Positions 48,275 to 55,835 of a stretch of DNA of 64,000 bases are shown here, in pieces; position 1 is the first letter of the stretch; every line of letters starts with the position of its first letter. Position numbers and translations under genes: made by a program. The notes beneath the pieces were generated by a model. That model saw only the letters and a list, made by a program, of their open reading frames with translations, was not told where the DNA came from and ran no database searches. The DNA comes from a virus. The DNA lies in IMG/VR virus record IMGVR_UViG_3300032083_003484, positions 12,685-76,684 of that record. The stretch is one strand, 5' to 3'.

Positions 48275-49099
48275 TTATAAATAAGGCTTGACAATGTTAT
48301 TTGCCCTTAGAAAATTATTTATAATAGACGGACGAGCTGAAATTCCAAAACTATCAACAGAAGAATTTGAAGCAACTTGCAATCCAAACAGTTTTTCACC
48401 TAAATAAATTGCAGATCCGGATTGACCAGAAGATGTGGGAATAGAATGCATGAAAAAGTTGTTTCCATCTAAGTTATTTGGAAGCTGACAAAAGTCGTCA
48501 CACCAACCTCCCCAGTATCCTTCAAACAAAAGCAGCCCAAAAGAAGGAAACGTGCGGAAAAACCCTCTTGGTGCGCCCCAATTGCGAAGTTCAGCAAAGA
48601 TTTTTATGTTTTCTTCATCAGCAATAGCATAAATTTCATGATCAAAGTCGCCTTGAAGCCAAATCAAGCATAAATCAACATCCGGATTTTGCGCAACCAC
48701 CCAGCCATCACCGGTTTCGCCCGCCAAGTTCTCACCAGAAAAAGAATATTTAAAATTAACGCTATAATCAATGTGCTCTGGCTCCGGCCCAAACAAATCT
48801 TCGGGGTCAGAATGGCAAAAATGATCAACAGTTAAGATAAAACAGCCGTCTTCATCGCTTTTGATACAAACACCGCCGGCAGACCACCAGCCATAAGGTA
48901 TTTCATTGCCCTCAAAACGCATTGTAAGCGCTTTGGAGAGTTGAACATAGGCAAGGGCCGGGACAAAACCTTCGGAGGCAGCAGAAGACGTTTGAGGAAG
49001 ATTGTTTCCTTTACAATCAAACAAAGAAAAACAAAAAATCGCAATAAAAATCATTCGCCGCATAAAATAAATAGAAACCGCAAGTAAAAATAACCACAA
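48275..49099 (-). CDS. Trypsin-like serine protease, probably exported
   Basis: LTVDH, DLCLI, GQSGS catalytic motifs; hydrophobic N-terminus. Confidence 0.75.
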   Translation of the reverse strand: MWLFLLAVSIYFMRRMIFIAIFCFSLFDCKGNNLPQTSSAASEGFVPALAYVQLSKALTMRFEGNEIPYGWWSAGGVCIKSDEDGCFILTVDHFCHSDPEDLFGPEPEHIDYSVNFKYSFSGENLAGETGDGWVVAQNPDVDLCLIWLQGDFDHEIYAIADEENIKIFAELRNWGAPRGFFRTFPSFGLLLFEGYWGGWCDDFCQLPNNLDGNNFFMHSIPTSSGQSGSAIYLGEKLFGLQVASNSSVDSFGISARPSIINNFLRANNIVKPYL

Positions 49100-49105
49100 A
49101 ATTTT

Positions 49106-49291
49106 TTATTTATTTAAGCTTTCCCAAACTGTTTCAAATAAATAATGTAAAAACATCATCAAGAAAGTTAAAAAAATTGTAAGCGTTAAAGATTTTTTAA
49201 GTTCGCCAATCCAAATCCAAGAAACGGTACCGGCCACTGTGGTAGAAAAAATTCGCCAAACAATAACTTTGTAAATTAAAGGTTTTTTCAT
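49106..49291 (-). CDS. Small membrane protein (DUF2061-like)
   Basis: KVIVWRIFST...HYLFETVW. Confidence 0.6.
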   Translation of the reverse strand: MKKPLIYKVIVWRIFSTTVAGTVSWIWIGELKKSLTLTIFLTFLMMFLHYLFETVWESLNK

Positions 49292-49300
49292 AATTTAGAT

Positions 49301-49332
49301 AAAAGAAAAGGGCGGGAAGAACCCGCCCTTTC
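49301..49332 (-). terminator. Rho-independent terminator after the ECF sigma gene
   Basis: AAAGGGCGGG-N5-CCCGCCCTTT with U-tract on minus strand. Confidence 0.8.
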
Positions 49333-49356
49333 ATTATAACATAACTTTAAAGTTGT

Positions 49357-50508
49357 TTATAGACCCAAAGTCTCTTTTACGACTGCAGCAATTGTTTCTT
49401 CTAAAGAAAGTTCTTCGTTTTTGCGATATCTTTCATCTGGTCGCCTAGGAAACATAGATCCTCGCCTAGTGGCTGTCGCCGGCGTTGGGTTTGGTGATGA
49501 GCCGGCCATTGATCCTCGCTTTGGAAGTTCATAGTCCAAGTCGATTCCGGGCTCCATAAGGTCGGCATCCGGATCTTCTGGCATACCCTGGTATTCGGCG
49601 TCCTCATAGTTCATAAGATCATCTATAGCGCCCTCAGCTTCTTTCTCGCTCCGAAATCGGAACCCAGGCCGAACGTTGTGTATTTCTTTAAACATATCTG
49701 AAAAAAGATCGTTTAGATAATCCAAGCCCATTTCCGGCTTGGCTGTTTCGCCTTCTCGGATATCGCCGGGCTTCACACCACCAGCAAATGCGATTCGAAG
49801 AGTTTTCTTGACGCCTTCATCACCTGGAGAGTGCAGCCATCGATCAATTCTTTCACGTGACCGAGAAATTTCACGACCAACTTCTCCGACAGTGTTATAA
49901 CCAAGCTCGACACGCAGTTCCTCGACTGACTTTGGATCGGCCGCAAACTGATTTAGGGTAACAATTTTTTGCCGATCGTTGAGGTTGACTTTGTCATCCT
50001 TGATTGCTTGGACCATAGCATCGAAAGCTTCATTGCGCTCTTTGTCAAGAAGAATCTGCTCGGGGTTCTTAATTTTTGGAACCAACGGATAGATTTCGCT
50101 CTTGTCGGACATACTTGTGATATCCGGCTCGCCTTCAGCTGCGCCGCCACCGGCAAAAGGAAGCTCTTTGCGTCCTGCTCGGAAACTGTCAATTAATGCA
50201 TTTTTCACAATAGCGCCGGCCCAAGTGGAGAATGCAGAATCTCCTCGGAACCCACCAATTTGAGTCATGATTTTGATAAGGGCGCTTTGCATTGCGTCCT
50301 CGGCGTCAGCTTCGTTTCCGCCGGCTAGCTTAAGCGCAAGAAAACGATGCTTTTTTGAAAGTCTGGTTAGAAGTTCTTCCATTGCCGGACTATTTGGGTT
50401 TTCTTTGGCTTTGGCAGCAAGCGCTTCCATGCTGTCCCCTTTCTCTTCATCAATGCGTGCAATCTCCTCTTGGATGATTTGCAGCAGCCTAGTTTTCTTG
50501 ATTTTCAC
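49357..50508 (-). CDS. ECF (group 4) sigma factor with N- and C-terminal extensions
   Basis: sigma2: ADAEDAMQSALIKI..GGFRGDSAFSTWAGAIVKNALIDSFR; sigma4: LNDRQK..SVEELRVELG..VGEVGREISRSRERI; N-terminal MKIKKTRLLQIIQEEI tag. Confidence 0.88.
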   Translation of the reverse strand: MKIKKTRLLQIIQEEIARIDEEKGDSMEALAAKAKENPNSPAMEELLTRLSKKHRFLALKLAGGNEADAEDAMQSALIKIMTQIGGFRGDSAFSTWAGAIVKNALIDSFRAGRKELPFAGGGAAEGEPDITSMSDKSEIYPLVPKIKNPEQILLDKERNEAFDAMVQAIKDDKVNLNDRQKIVTLNQFAADPKSVEELRVELGYNTVGEVGREISRSRERIDRWLHSPGDEGVKKTLRIAFAGGVKPGDIREGETAKPEMGLDYLNDLFSDMFKEIHNVRPGFRFRSEKEAEGAIDDLMNYEDAEYQGMPEDPDADLMEPGIDLDYELPKRGSMAGSSPNPTPATATRRGSMFPRRPDERYRKNEELSLEETIAAVVKETLGL

Positions 50509-50540
50509 TTTAAAAAACTCCTTATAAGTTATGTTTTGTT

Positions 50541-50550
50541 ATAAATAGTT
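50541..50550 (-). promoter_or_regulatory. Late-type promoter motif ACTATTTAT upstream of the ECF sigma gene
   Basis: ATAAATAGTT (+) between the upstream terminator and the GTG start. Confidence 0.6.
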
Positions 50551-50560
50551 AGTCAAAACA

Positions 50561-50590
50561 AAAAAAGCCCCGCCGAAAAAGGCGGGGCTT
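50561..50590 (-). terminator. Rho-independent terminator
   Basis: AAGCCCCGCC-N6-GGCGGGGCTT + U-tract. Confidence 0.8.
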
Positions 50591-50611
50591 GGATTCGCAA
50601 GATTTTTTTTC

Positions 50612-50872
50612 TTAGAAGTCTATGCCGTCATCGTTTGCCGGGAGGGCTTCGGAAGTTTCCGCATTTCTTAGCGCATCAACTTCTGCATTTGCGTGAGCGG
50701 ATGCCTCATCGACATCAGCACCGGCAGCTTCGGCTTCTTCGAAAGCGCTTTTCCAAAATTCCCACTCTGCGTCGGTAAGACCTTCAATTGGCATGGGGCT
50801 TTTGGATTCGGCAAGAGCAGCCTCAAGCTCTTCTTTGATAATCTTGACAAGTTTTTGTTTTGTGATTTTCAT
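50612..50872 (-). CDS. Acidic protein with MKITK...IIKEE tag (putative internal head protein)
   Basis: MKITKQKLVKIIKEELEAALAE. Confidence 0.6.
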   Translation of the reverse strand: MKITKQKLVKIIKEELEAALAESKSPMPIEGLTDAEWEFWKSAFEEAEAAGADVDEASAHANAEVDALRNAETSEALPANDDGIDF

Positions 50873-50893
50873 TATAATCTCCTTTAGTTTATT

Positions 50894-52474
50894 TTAATCC
50901 AAGCGAGCAAGTCGTGGGTTTGGGGCAATTGAAAGCTCGGCATCACCAATAAGCAGCACTTCACCTTCGGTCCAAGCAACAAGCGGGATTGGGTTTCCGT
51001 TAACAGCGTCGTGCCCGCCGGAACCAATTGTTGGGACAGCAGAAACACCAAAGTTGGCCAAGGGTGAAAGCTCATTGGCGGCGCAAAGCCCATCTTGATT
51101 AAAATCTTGCCAAACAACCAACCCAGAAAAAATTTTATCATTTTTTGTTATAAGGTTGTCCATGTCTAAATCAAAAGAAGCAAGGTGGTCAAATCCGTCG
51201 GTCCAATCGCCTTGAACGTTTCCAAAAAGTTCTGCGCCGGAAGTTATAACGCCATCACCATTCCAATCATAAGCCAAAAAGCCGTCGCCACCATTAGGCC
51301 ATGCAATTGCTTGTTCTCGGCCAATGTTGTATAAGTCAAAGTTAACTCCATCAACAATCGAGCTTAATTCGATACCGTCGCCATCCAAGTCAATCACCAA
51401 CGGGTCACCAACGTTGCAAGGAATAACCCGAAACGCCGCAACAGCCGCAAGGGCCATTTCATCTTCCAAGCCTTGACGAACGCCTCGCTCATAATCGATT
51501 TGAGCTTGCGCCCACTGCAATGAAGCTTCGGCATTTGGTGGGGTATAGTCAGAAGCACAAAGAGGCTCGGCTTCCATGGCCATTCCAAGGCTGCCAAGGG
51601 CGTTGCTCATTGCCGGTTCGATAAAAGCTTCATTAGCATCGCAGATCTCGATAATTGGCATTTCAGGATAAGAAGGAGCAAACCCTCGTCGCTCCAATTC
51701 CAAATTAAAAGTTTGCGCAAAGTGCTGCCGACCGATTGCAATGCCTTTTATATAAGAGCTTTCCACCGGTGTGGGCTCAACGCTACAAAGGCCTCGGTTC
51801 ATTAGGTCGAAGCGAACCCGAACACGGTTATCTTCCAAGGCGCTAATTGCTCCTTGCTCATACCAAAACTGGGCCTCCTCAAAATGAATAGAGCCGGCGA
51901 TCGCACTTGTTAGCGGCGCAGCGTCCAATTCTTGTGTTAGGCTAGAATAAACTTCCACTTTTGCCATGTCCGCAAGATAATCGCAGGAAACCGAATTTGC
52001 TTGTTCAACATTATCGTAAAACTCCACAAAAGGGCAATCCGTTATTGATGCATCCAATCCGGCAAATAAATCTTCGTGAGAAAGGTTATAGTCCATTATA
52101 ATGTTGAGGTTTTGCAATTGAATGGCCATTTGGTCCAAGTAAAGCTCTGTGCCCAAATTCAAACCAATATTAATAGAGTCTCGGAGAATCTCGACCCGTT
52201 GAAGCTCGTCGGCGCTAAGGTCTTCTGCTTCCACGAAAGGATCGGCAGGGGGGTCAACAGGAGGCTCGACAGGAGGGTCAATTGGGTCTGCCGGGGGATT
52301 GGCAATTGGAGGTCGATCATCAGGTTGGGTGTCGATCGGTGGGTTGTCGACAGGCTCACAGCAGGGTCTAGGTTCGTTTGTTGTGCCTTCATATGAAATG
52401 TCCCCATCCGCAGCACAAGCGCCCATCACGCCAACCAAGCAAGCAGCGATAACGGTTGTTTTATAATTTTTCAT
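50894..52474 (-). CDS. Lipoprotein with C-terminal FrpC-type self-processing module
   Basis: Lipobox VMGA-C, Pro-rich linker, then DPLVIDLDGDGIE...DGFLAYDWNGDGVITSGAELFG...LVVWQDFNQDG..ANEL. Confidence 0.75.
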   Translation of the reverse strand: MKNYKTTVIAACLVGVMGACAADGDISYEGTTNEPRPCCEPVDNPPIDTQPDDRPPIANPPADPIDPPVEPPVDPPADPFVEAEDLSADELQRVEILRDSINIGLNLGTELYLDQMAIQLQNLNIIMDYNLSHEDLFAGLDASITDCPFVEFYDNVEQANSVSCDYLADMAKVEVYSSLTQELDAAPLTSAIAGSIHFEEAQFWYEQGAISALEDNRVRVRFDLMNRGLCSVEPTPVESSYIKGIAIGRQHFAQTFNLELERRGFAPSYPEMPIIEICDANEAFIEPAMSNALGSLGMAMEAEPLCASDYTPPNAEASLQWAQAQIDYERGVRQGLEDEMALAAVAAFRVIPCNVGDPLVIDLDGDGIELSSIVDGVNFDLYNIGREQAIAWPNGGDGFLAYDWNGDGVITSGAELFGNVQGDWTDGFDHLASFDLDMDNLITKNDKIFSGLVVWQDFNQDGLCAANELSPLANFGVSAVPTIGSGGHDAVNGNPIPLVAWTEGEVLLIGDAELSIAPNPRLARLD

Positions 52475-52521
52475 TAATTTCTCCTTTATAATGGTGTTTT
52501 TATCGATAGTTTCGAATTTTT

Positions 52522-52869
52522 TTATAAGCTTCCACCTAATTCACGTGTTATTCGATCGAAGAGCCAGTCGAAAGGGTCACCGTCTCTTGCCTTCTGCGTG
52601 CCATATGGCATCTCTCCGTTCTCACTATAGTGTTTGAGGAGCATATCATAGGGGCTGACCTCATATCCGTGTGAATCTTTGCGGTAAGCCGTCTCGAATT
52701 CTCTATCATCGCCATCAAGGAAAGCTAGGGTCGCTTCAACCTCTTGGGGATTGAAGCCATACAGAAACTTAAGCCGAGCCCGATTCATGTCACCACCTTC
52801 AGTTTCATGCATAACAGCAGAAATTTCTTCTTTAATAACTCCAATTAGGTATTCTTTTGTGATTTTCAC
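52522..52869 (-). CDS. MKITK...VIKEE-tagged protein (putative internal head protein)
   Basis: MKITKEYLIGVIKEEI; late motif at 52913-52922. Confidence 0.6.
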   Translation of the reverse strand: MKITKEYLIGVIKEEISAVMHETEGGDMNRARLKFLYGFNPQEVEATLAFLDGDDREFETAYRKDSHGYEVSPYDMLLKHYSENGEMPYGTQKARDGDPFDWLFDRITRELGGSL

Positions 52870-52949
52870 TTTGTTTCTCCTTTAAAATTTTTCTGAAAAT
52901 GTTTCTTGCCTTATAAATAGTTTCGAATATTTTTTAAATTTTTTGATGC

Positions 52950-53504
52950 CTAAGAGGTTTGTTCGTCGGAAAGAAAAGCCTCAACGGGCCGGAACATTAC
53001 CACAACGGCAAAATTTGGTGTTTCATAGTACATCCCATCGGCCATACCAGGATTTTTTATCCATTTTCCTTGGTTTTCGGTGCCCCAAGCGCCTTGTTGC
53101 CATCCGGAAACCTTTTTTAGCACCTGATCCATGTCAAGAATGTTATAGTTTTCTTTTCGGACTGCCGCTTTCACCCCCTCCGGGTCATCGACAAGATTAT
53201 AAATGTCGGCCGTGGGAACGTTTGCTGTATAAAGCGCCTTGCTAGCGAAAAAACTTTCTTTCTCTGCTGGATTCACATAGAAAAACGTGCGAGGAACCGC
53301 CGAAATCGCCAAATCTTTTTTTGAATAACCCATTTTTCCGAATTTCTCTGGATCAAGCAAGATTTTTTCTTTTGCGTTCTCCGGAGATTCTTGAGTAAAG
53401 TGGTATAGCGTTGTATTGCCCCCTTCGGAAGGAATGCGTTCCTCTGAAGCTTCAACCAAAATCTCCTCAACCAAAGTTTCAAGGTAGTGCTTTGTGAGCT
53501 TCAT
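52950..53504 (-). CDS. MKLTK...LVEE-tagged protein, possible ADP-ribosyltransferase fold
   Basis: Tag followed by TLYHFT...TFFY...LY...DG; late motif at 53536-53544. Confidence 0.5.
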   Translation of the reverse strand: MKLTKHYLETLVEEILVEASEERIPSEGGNTTLYHFTQESPENAKEKILLDPEKFGKMGYSKKDLAISAVPRTFFYVNPAEKESFFASKALYTANVPTADIYNLVDDPEGVKAAVRKENYNILDMDQVLKKVSGWQQGAWGTENQGKWIKNPGMADGMYYETPNFAVVVMFRPVEAFLSDEQTS

Positions 53505-53834
53505 TGACTTTCTCCTTTTATAATAATGTTCCTTTATAAATAGTCTTAAAAACTGAAAAATTTTCTACGGGGATTTTTTTGGGGGGCCTTATTTTTCTTA
53601 TAGGGGGAGGGGGGTCTAAAATCTTGAAAATTTTCTGTGCGTGTTGCGAGTGTCCTTAGCCGGGCCGGAGGCCATTCTCCCACGGGCCAACCTGGTTCCG
53701 GGGGAGGGGAGGGGGGACCCCTACCCCAACAAAACAAAATTGTCAAAGCACAAAGGCCAAGCACAATCCTGCGATCAACATACAGCCAATAGCGATACCA
53801 CCTAAAACGTCTTTGATACTTTCTGCGTCCATTC

Positions 53835-54266
53835 CTATACCTCAGTGAGCTTGTATTTCTTTCCATCGATCTCAACAAACTTTCCGGTGTAGCTTTGTGT
53901 TTGCTGCCGGTGTTGTTCTTCGGTCAAGCGATCTCCGTTTAGATACCATTCTTTGCGTCCGTCAGCATATTCAGCAGCCGGGCCGTCTTCACGGTGGGGT
54001 TTTCCATTCAGCCACCATTCTTTGGATCCGTTGGCCCATTCAACAGCCGGGCCATCTTCACGGTGGGGTTCTCCGTTTAGATACCATTCTTTGCTTCCGT
54101 CAGCATATTCAGCAGCCGGGCCGTCTTCACGGTGGGGTTTTCCATTCAGCCACCATTCTTTGGATCCGTTGGCCCATTCAATAGCCGGGCCGTCTTCACG
54201 GTGGAGTACTCCATTCAGCCACCATTCTTTGCCCTTGGGCCACACTTTTACTTTATATTCAATCAT
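53835..54266 (-). CDS. HREDGPA-repeat protein, class A (4 repeats)
   Basis: 23-aa repeats; MIEYKVKVW start; EIDGKKYKL end. Confidence 0.85.
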   Translation of the reverse strand: MIEYKVKVWPKGKEWWLNGVLHREDGPAIEWANGSKEWWLNGKPHREDGPAAEYADGSKEWYLNGEPHREDGPAVEWANGSKEWWLNGKPHREDGPAAEYADGRKEWYLNGDRLTEEQHRQQTQSYTGKFVEIDGKKYKLTEV

Positions 54267-54289
54267 TTTCTTTCCTCTTATGTTGGGTT

Positions 54290-54326
54290 CATTAGTTAGA
54301 CGAACGGGGGCCGGATCTTATCCACA
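54290..54326 (-). promoter_or_regulatory. ECF-type promoter repeat, copy 2
   Basis: TGTGGATAAGATCC-N10-CGTCTAACTAATG. Confidence 0.8.
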
Positions 54327-54560
54327 ATTTTCCGGAAACATTTCATTCCACATTGCCGGAGTCATCCCGGTCATGATGAATTCCCGACGGTCGGCGTCAA
54401 GGAAAGGGAGCGCATCTTGGATCAGGGCGCCGGCTTCCCATTTACGCAGGCCCTGTAGCAGCTCGGTAAGACTAACCCGCCCGAATGGCATATCGGAATT
54501 GGTTCGTGAGTGCCAAGCGTGGATGGTTCCGTCTCGATTGATAGTAAAAGTGCAATTCAT
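54318..54560 (-). CDS. Small early protein
   Basis: GGAG RBS; LIQDALPFLDADRREFIMTG; stop lies inside promoter copy 2. Confidence 0.7.
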   Translation of the reverse strand: MNCTFTINRDGTIHAWHSRTNSDMPFGRVSLTELLQGLRKWEAGALIQDALPFLDADRREFIMTGMTPAMWNEMFPENCG

Positions 54561-54574
54561 AAAGTATACTCCGA

Positions 54575-54640
54575 TTAGAGGGTTGCGAGGGCGCCGACAA
54601 AGCCAAGAGCGAGATAGCTTGCGAAAAGTAGTTCAATCAT
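54575..54640 (-). CDS. 21-aa hydrophobic peptide MIELLFASYLALGFVGALATL (not in track)
   Basis: AAGGAAG RBS right after promoter copy 3. Confidence 0.55.
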   Translation of the reverse strand: MIELLFASYLALGFVGALATL

Positions 54641-54659
54641 TTTCTTCCTTTGTTGGGTT

Positions 54660-54696
54660 CATTAGTTAGACGAACTAGACGAGGATCTTATCCACA
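54660..54696 (-). promoter_or_regulatory. ECF-type promoter repeat, copy 3
   Basis: Exact consensus. Confidence 0.8.
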
Positions 54697-54710
54697 TAAA
54701 GTTTGATTTA

Positions 54711-54902
54711 TTACGAAATCAAGCCAAGCAACTCTTGAAAGTCCTCGACTCGCCAACCTTGATAAGCTACCGATCGGATCCCGTCATCGTCTTCGGCAAA
54801 GCCTTGATCGGTGGCGAGCACTTCGATATCGGCAACCAAACCGGGCTTAAGGTGGAGGCAATTGTTGATCCACTCGGCGGCTTCTTGAATAGTGCGCTGC
54901 AT
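54711..54902 (-). CDS. Small early protein (MQRTIQEAA...)
   Basis: AAGGAAG RBS before ATG 54902; track start 54926 is inside the promoter. Confidence 0.65.
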   Translation of the reverse strand: MQRTIQEAAEWINNCLHLKPGLVADIEVLATDQGFAEDDDGIRSVAYQGWRVEDFQELLGLIS

Positions 54903-54923
54903 TTTCTTCCTTTGCGTTGGGTT

Positions 54924-54960
54924 CATTAGTTAGACGAATAAGACGAGGATCTTATCCACA
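54924..54960 (-). promoter_or_regulatory. ECF-type promoter repeat, copy 4
   Basis: Exact consensus. Confidence 0.8.
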
Positions 54961-54965
54961 TAAAA

Positions 54966-55169
54966 TCAAAGTACGTTGCGATCTGTCTTATAGAAATGCC
55001 ACTTGATCGATCCATCTTTCTGGCGAACCTTCTGGATGATCCGATCATATTCGGTCACCGTCCGCATATGCATCTTTAATTGACGTTCAGCGCCCTTGCC
55101 TCGAAAGCTCTTGGTCAACTGTCCGTCTTGATAGAGTTCGTATCCGATGGTTCGTTTGGTTCTTTTCAT
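54966..55169 (-). CDS. Small basic early protein
   Basis: AAGGAAAG RBS; 67 aa. Confidence 0.65.
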   Translation of the reverse strand: MKRTKRTIGYELYQDGQLTKSFRGKGAERQLKMHMRTVTEYDRIIQKVRQKDGSIKWHFYKTDRNVL

Positions 55170-55191
55170 GTTCTTTCCTTTGTGCTGGTTT

Positions 55192-55228
55192 CATTAGTTA
55201 GACGATCAAGTCGAGGATCTTATCCACA
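55192..55228 (-). promoter_or_regulatory. ECF-type promoter repeat, copy 5
   Basis: Exact consensus. Confidence 0.8.
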
Positions 55229-55256
55229 TAAAGTGGCGACCGGGGGCCGATTTCTA

Positions 55257-55382
55257 TCAGTCCCCCCAATCCCCAAAGAAAGCCTGATCCAGCTCTTCCG
55301 CTTCGGCTTCACAGCTAGCGCACGGCCACTCATCTGAAAGGGGCTCAAGGCAGATCTCGCAAGTGTCTTCGAAAGTGTCCAT
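55257..55382 (-). CDS. 41-aa acidic zinc-finger peptide MDTFEDTCEICLEPLSDEWPCASCEAEAEELDQAFFGDWGD (not in track)
   Basis: Same AAGGAAGAAA leader as neighbouring cassettes; CxxC..CxxC. Confidence 0.65.
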   Translation of the reverse strand: MDTFEDTCEICLEPLSDEWPCASCEAEAEELDQAFFGDWGD

Positions 55383-55518
55383 TTTCTTCCTTTGTGATGG
55401 GTTCAGGTCCAAGTGTGGCGTGCAAGGGATTCTCGCCCAACCTGCGCAAGCGCAGTTTAAAACCGACCAATACGGCGCACCCCGTAAGTGTGTAAGGGTT
55501 AGCAGGTGTTTCCCGCTT

Positions 55519-55555
55519 CATTAGTTAGACGAACAACGGGCGGATCTTATCCACA
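55519..55555 (-). promoter_or_regulatory. ECF-type promoter repeat, copy 6
   Basis: Exact consensus. Confidence 0.8.
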
Positions 55556-55646
55556 TAAAAGCAATAAAAGTGCTCGACGGGGGCCGATTACTGTAACCTA
55601 CCGTAATCATTGGACTTTTCATCTTTTATCACTTTATTTCACTTTA

Positions 55647-55683
55647 TGTGGATAAGATCCGGCCTTCGATCGTCTAACTAATG
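55647..55683 (+). promoter_or_regulatory. ECF-type promoter repeat, copy 7 (divergent from copy 6)
   Basis: Exact consensus on + strand. Confidence 0.8.
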
Positions 55684-55754
55684 AGAGACGGGAGAGCGAC
55701 GACAAAGCGGCAACGCCAAGTCAGCCGAATCGAACTGAAGAAAACTGAACTTTC

Positions 55755-55791
55755 TTTGGATAAGATCCGGCGCTTAATCGTCTAACTAATG
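55755..55791 (+). promoter_or_regulatory. ECF-type promoter repeat, copy 8
   Basis: TTTGGATAAGATCC-N10-CGTCTAACTAATG. Confidence 0.8.
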
Positions 55792-55835
55792 TAACGGGGC
55801 TCAGCCGCCCTTTCTTTCTACCCACGAGGTAAACA

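Noticed and set aside
53546-53878. 110-aa minus-strand ORF
   Set aside because: Low-complexity Pro/Arg translation of G/C tracts overlapping the upstream gene end; not supported as a CDS
54290-55555. 37-bp repeat as a CRISPR array
   Set aside because: Spacing is about 265-370 bp with ORFs between, the centre has a variable 10 nt, both orientations occur, and no cas genes are nearby
55681-55785. Leaderless peptides from the ATG at the end of the promoter motif
   Set aside because: The ATG is in frame with a gene in only one cassette, hits an early stop in copy 2 and is absent from copy 1; it more likely marks the TSS region
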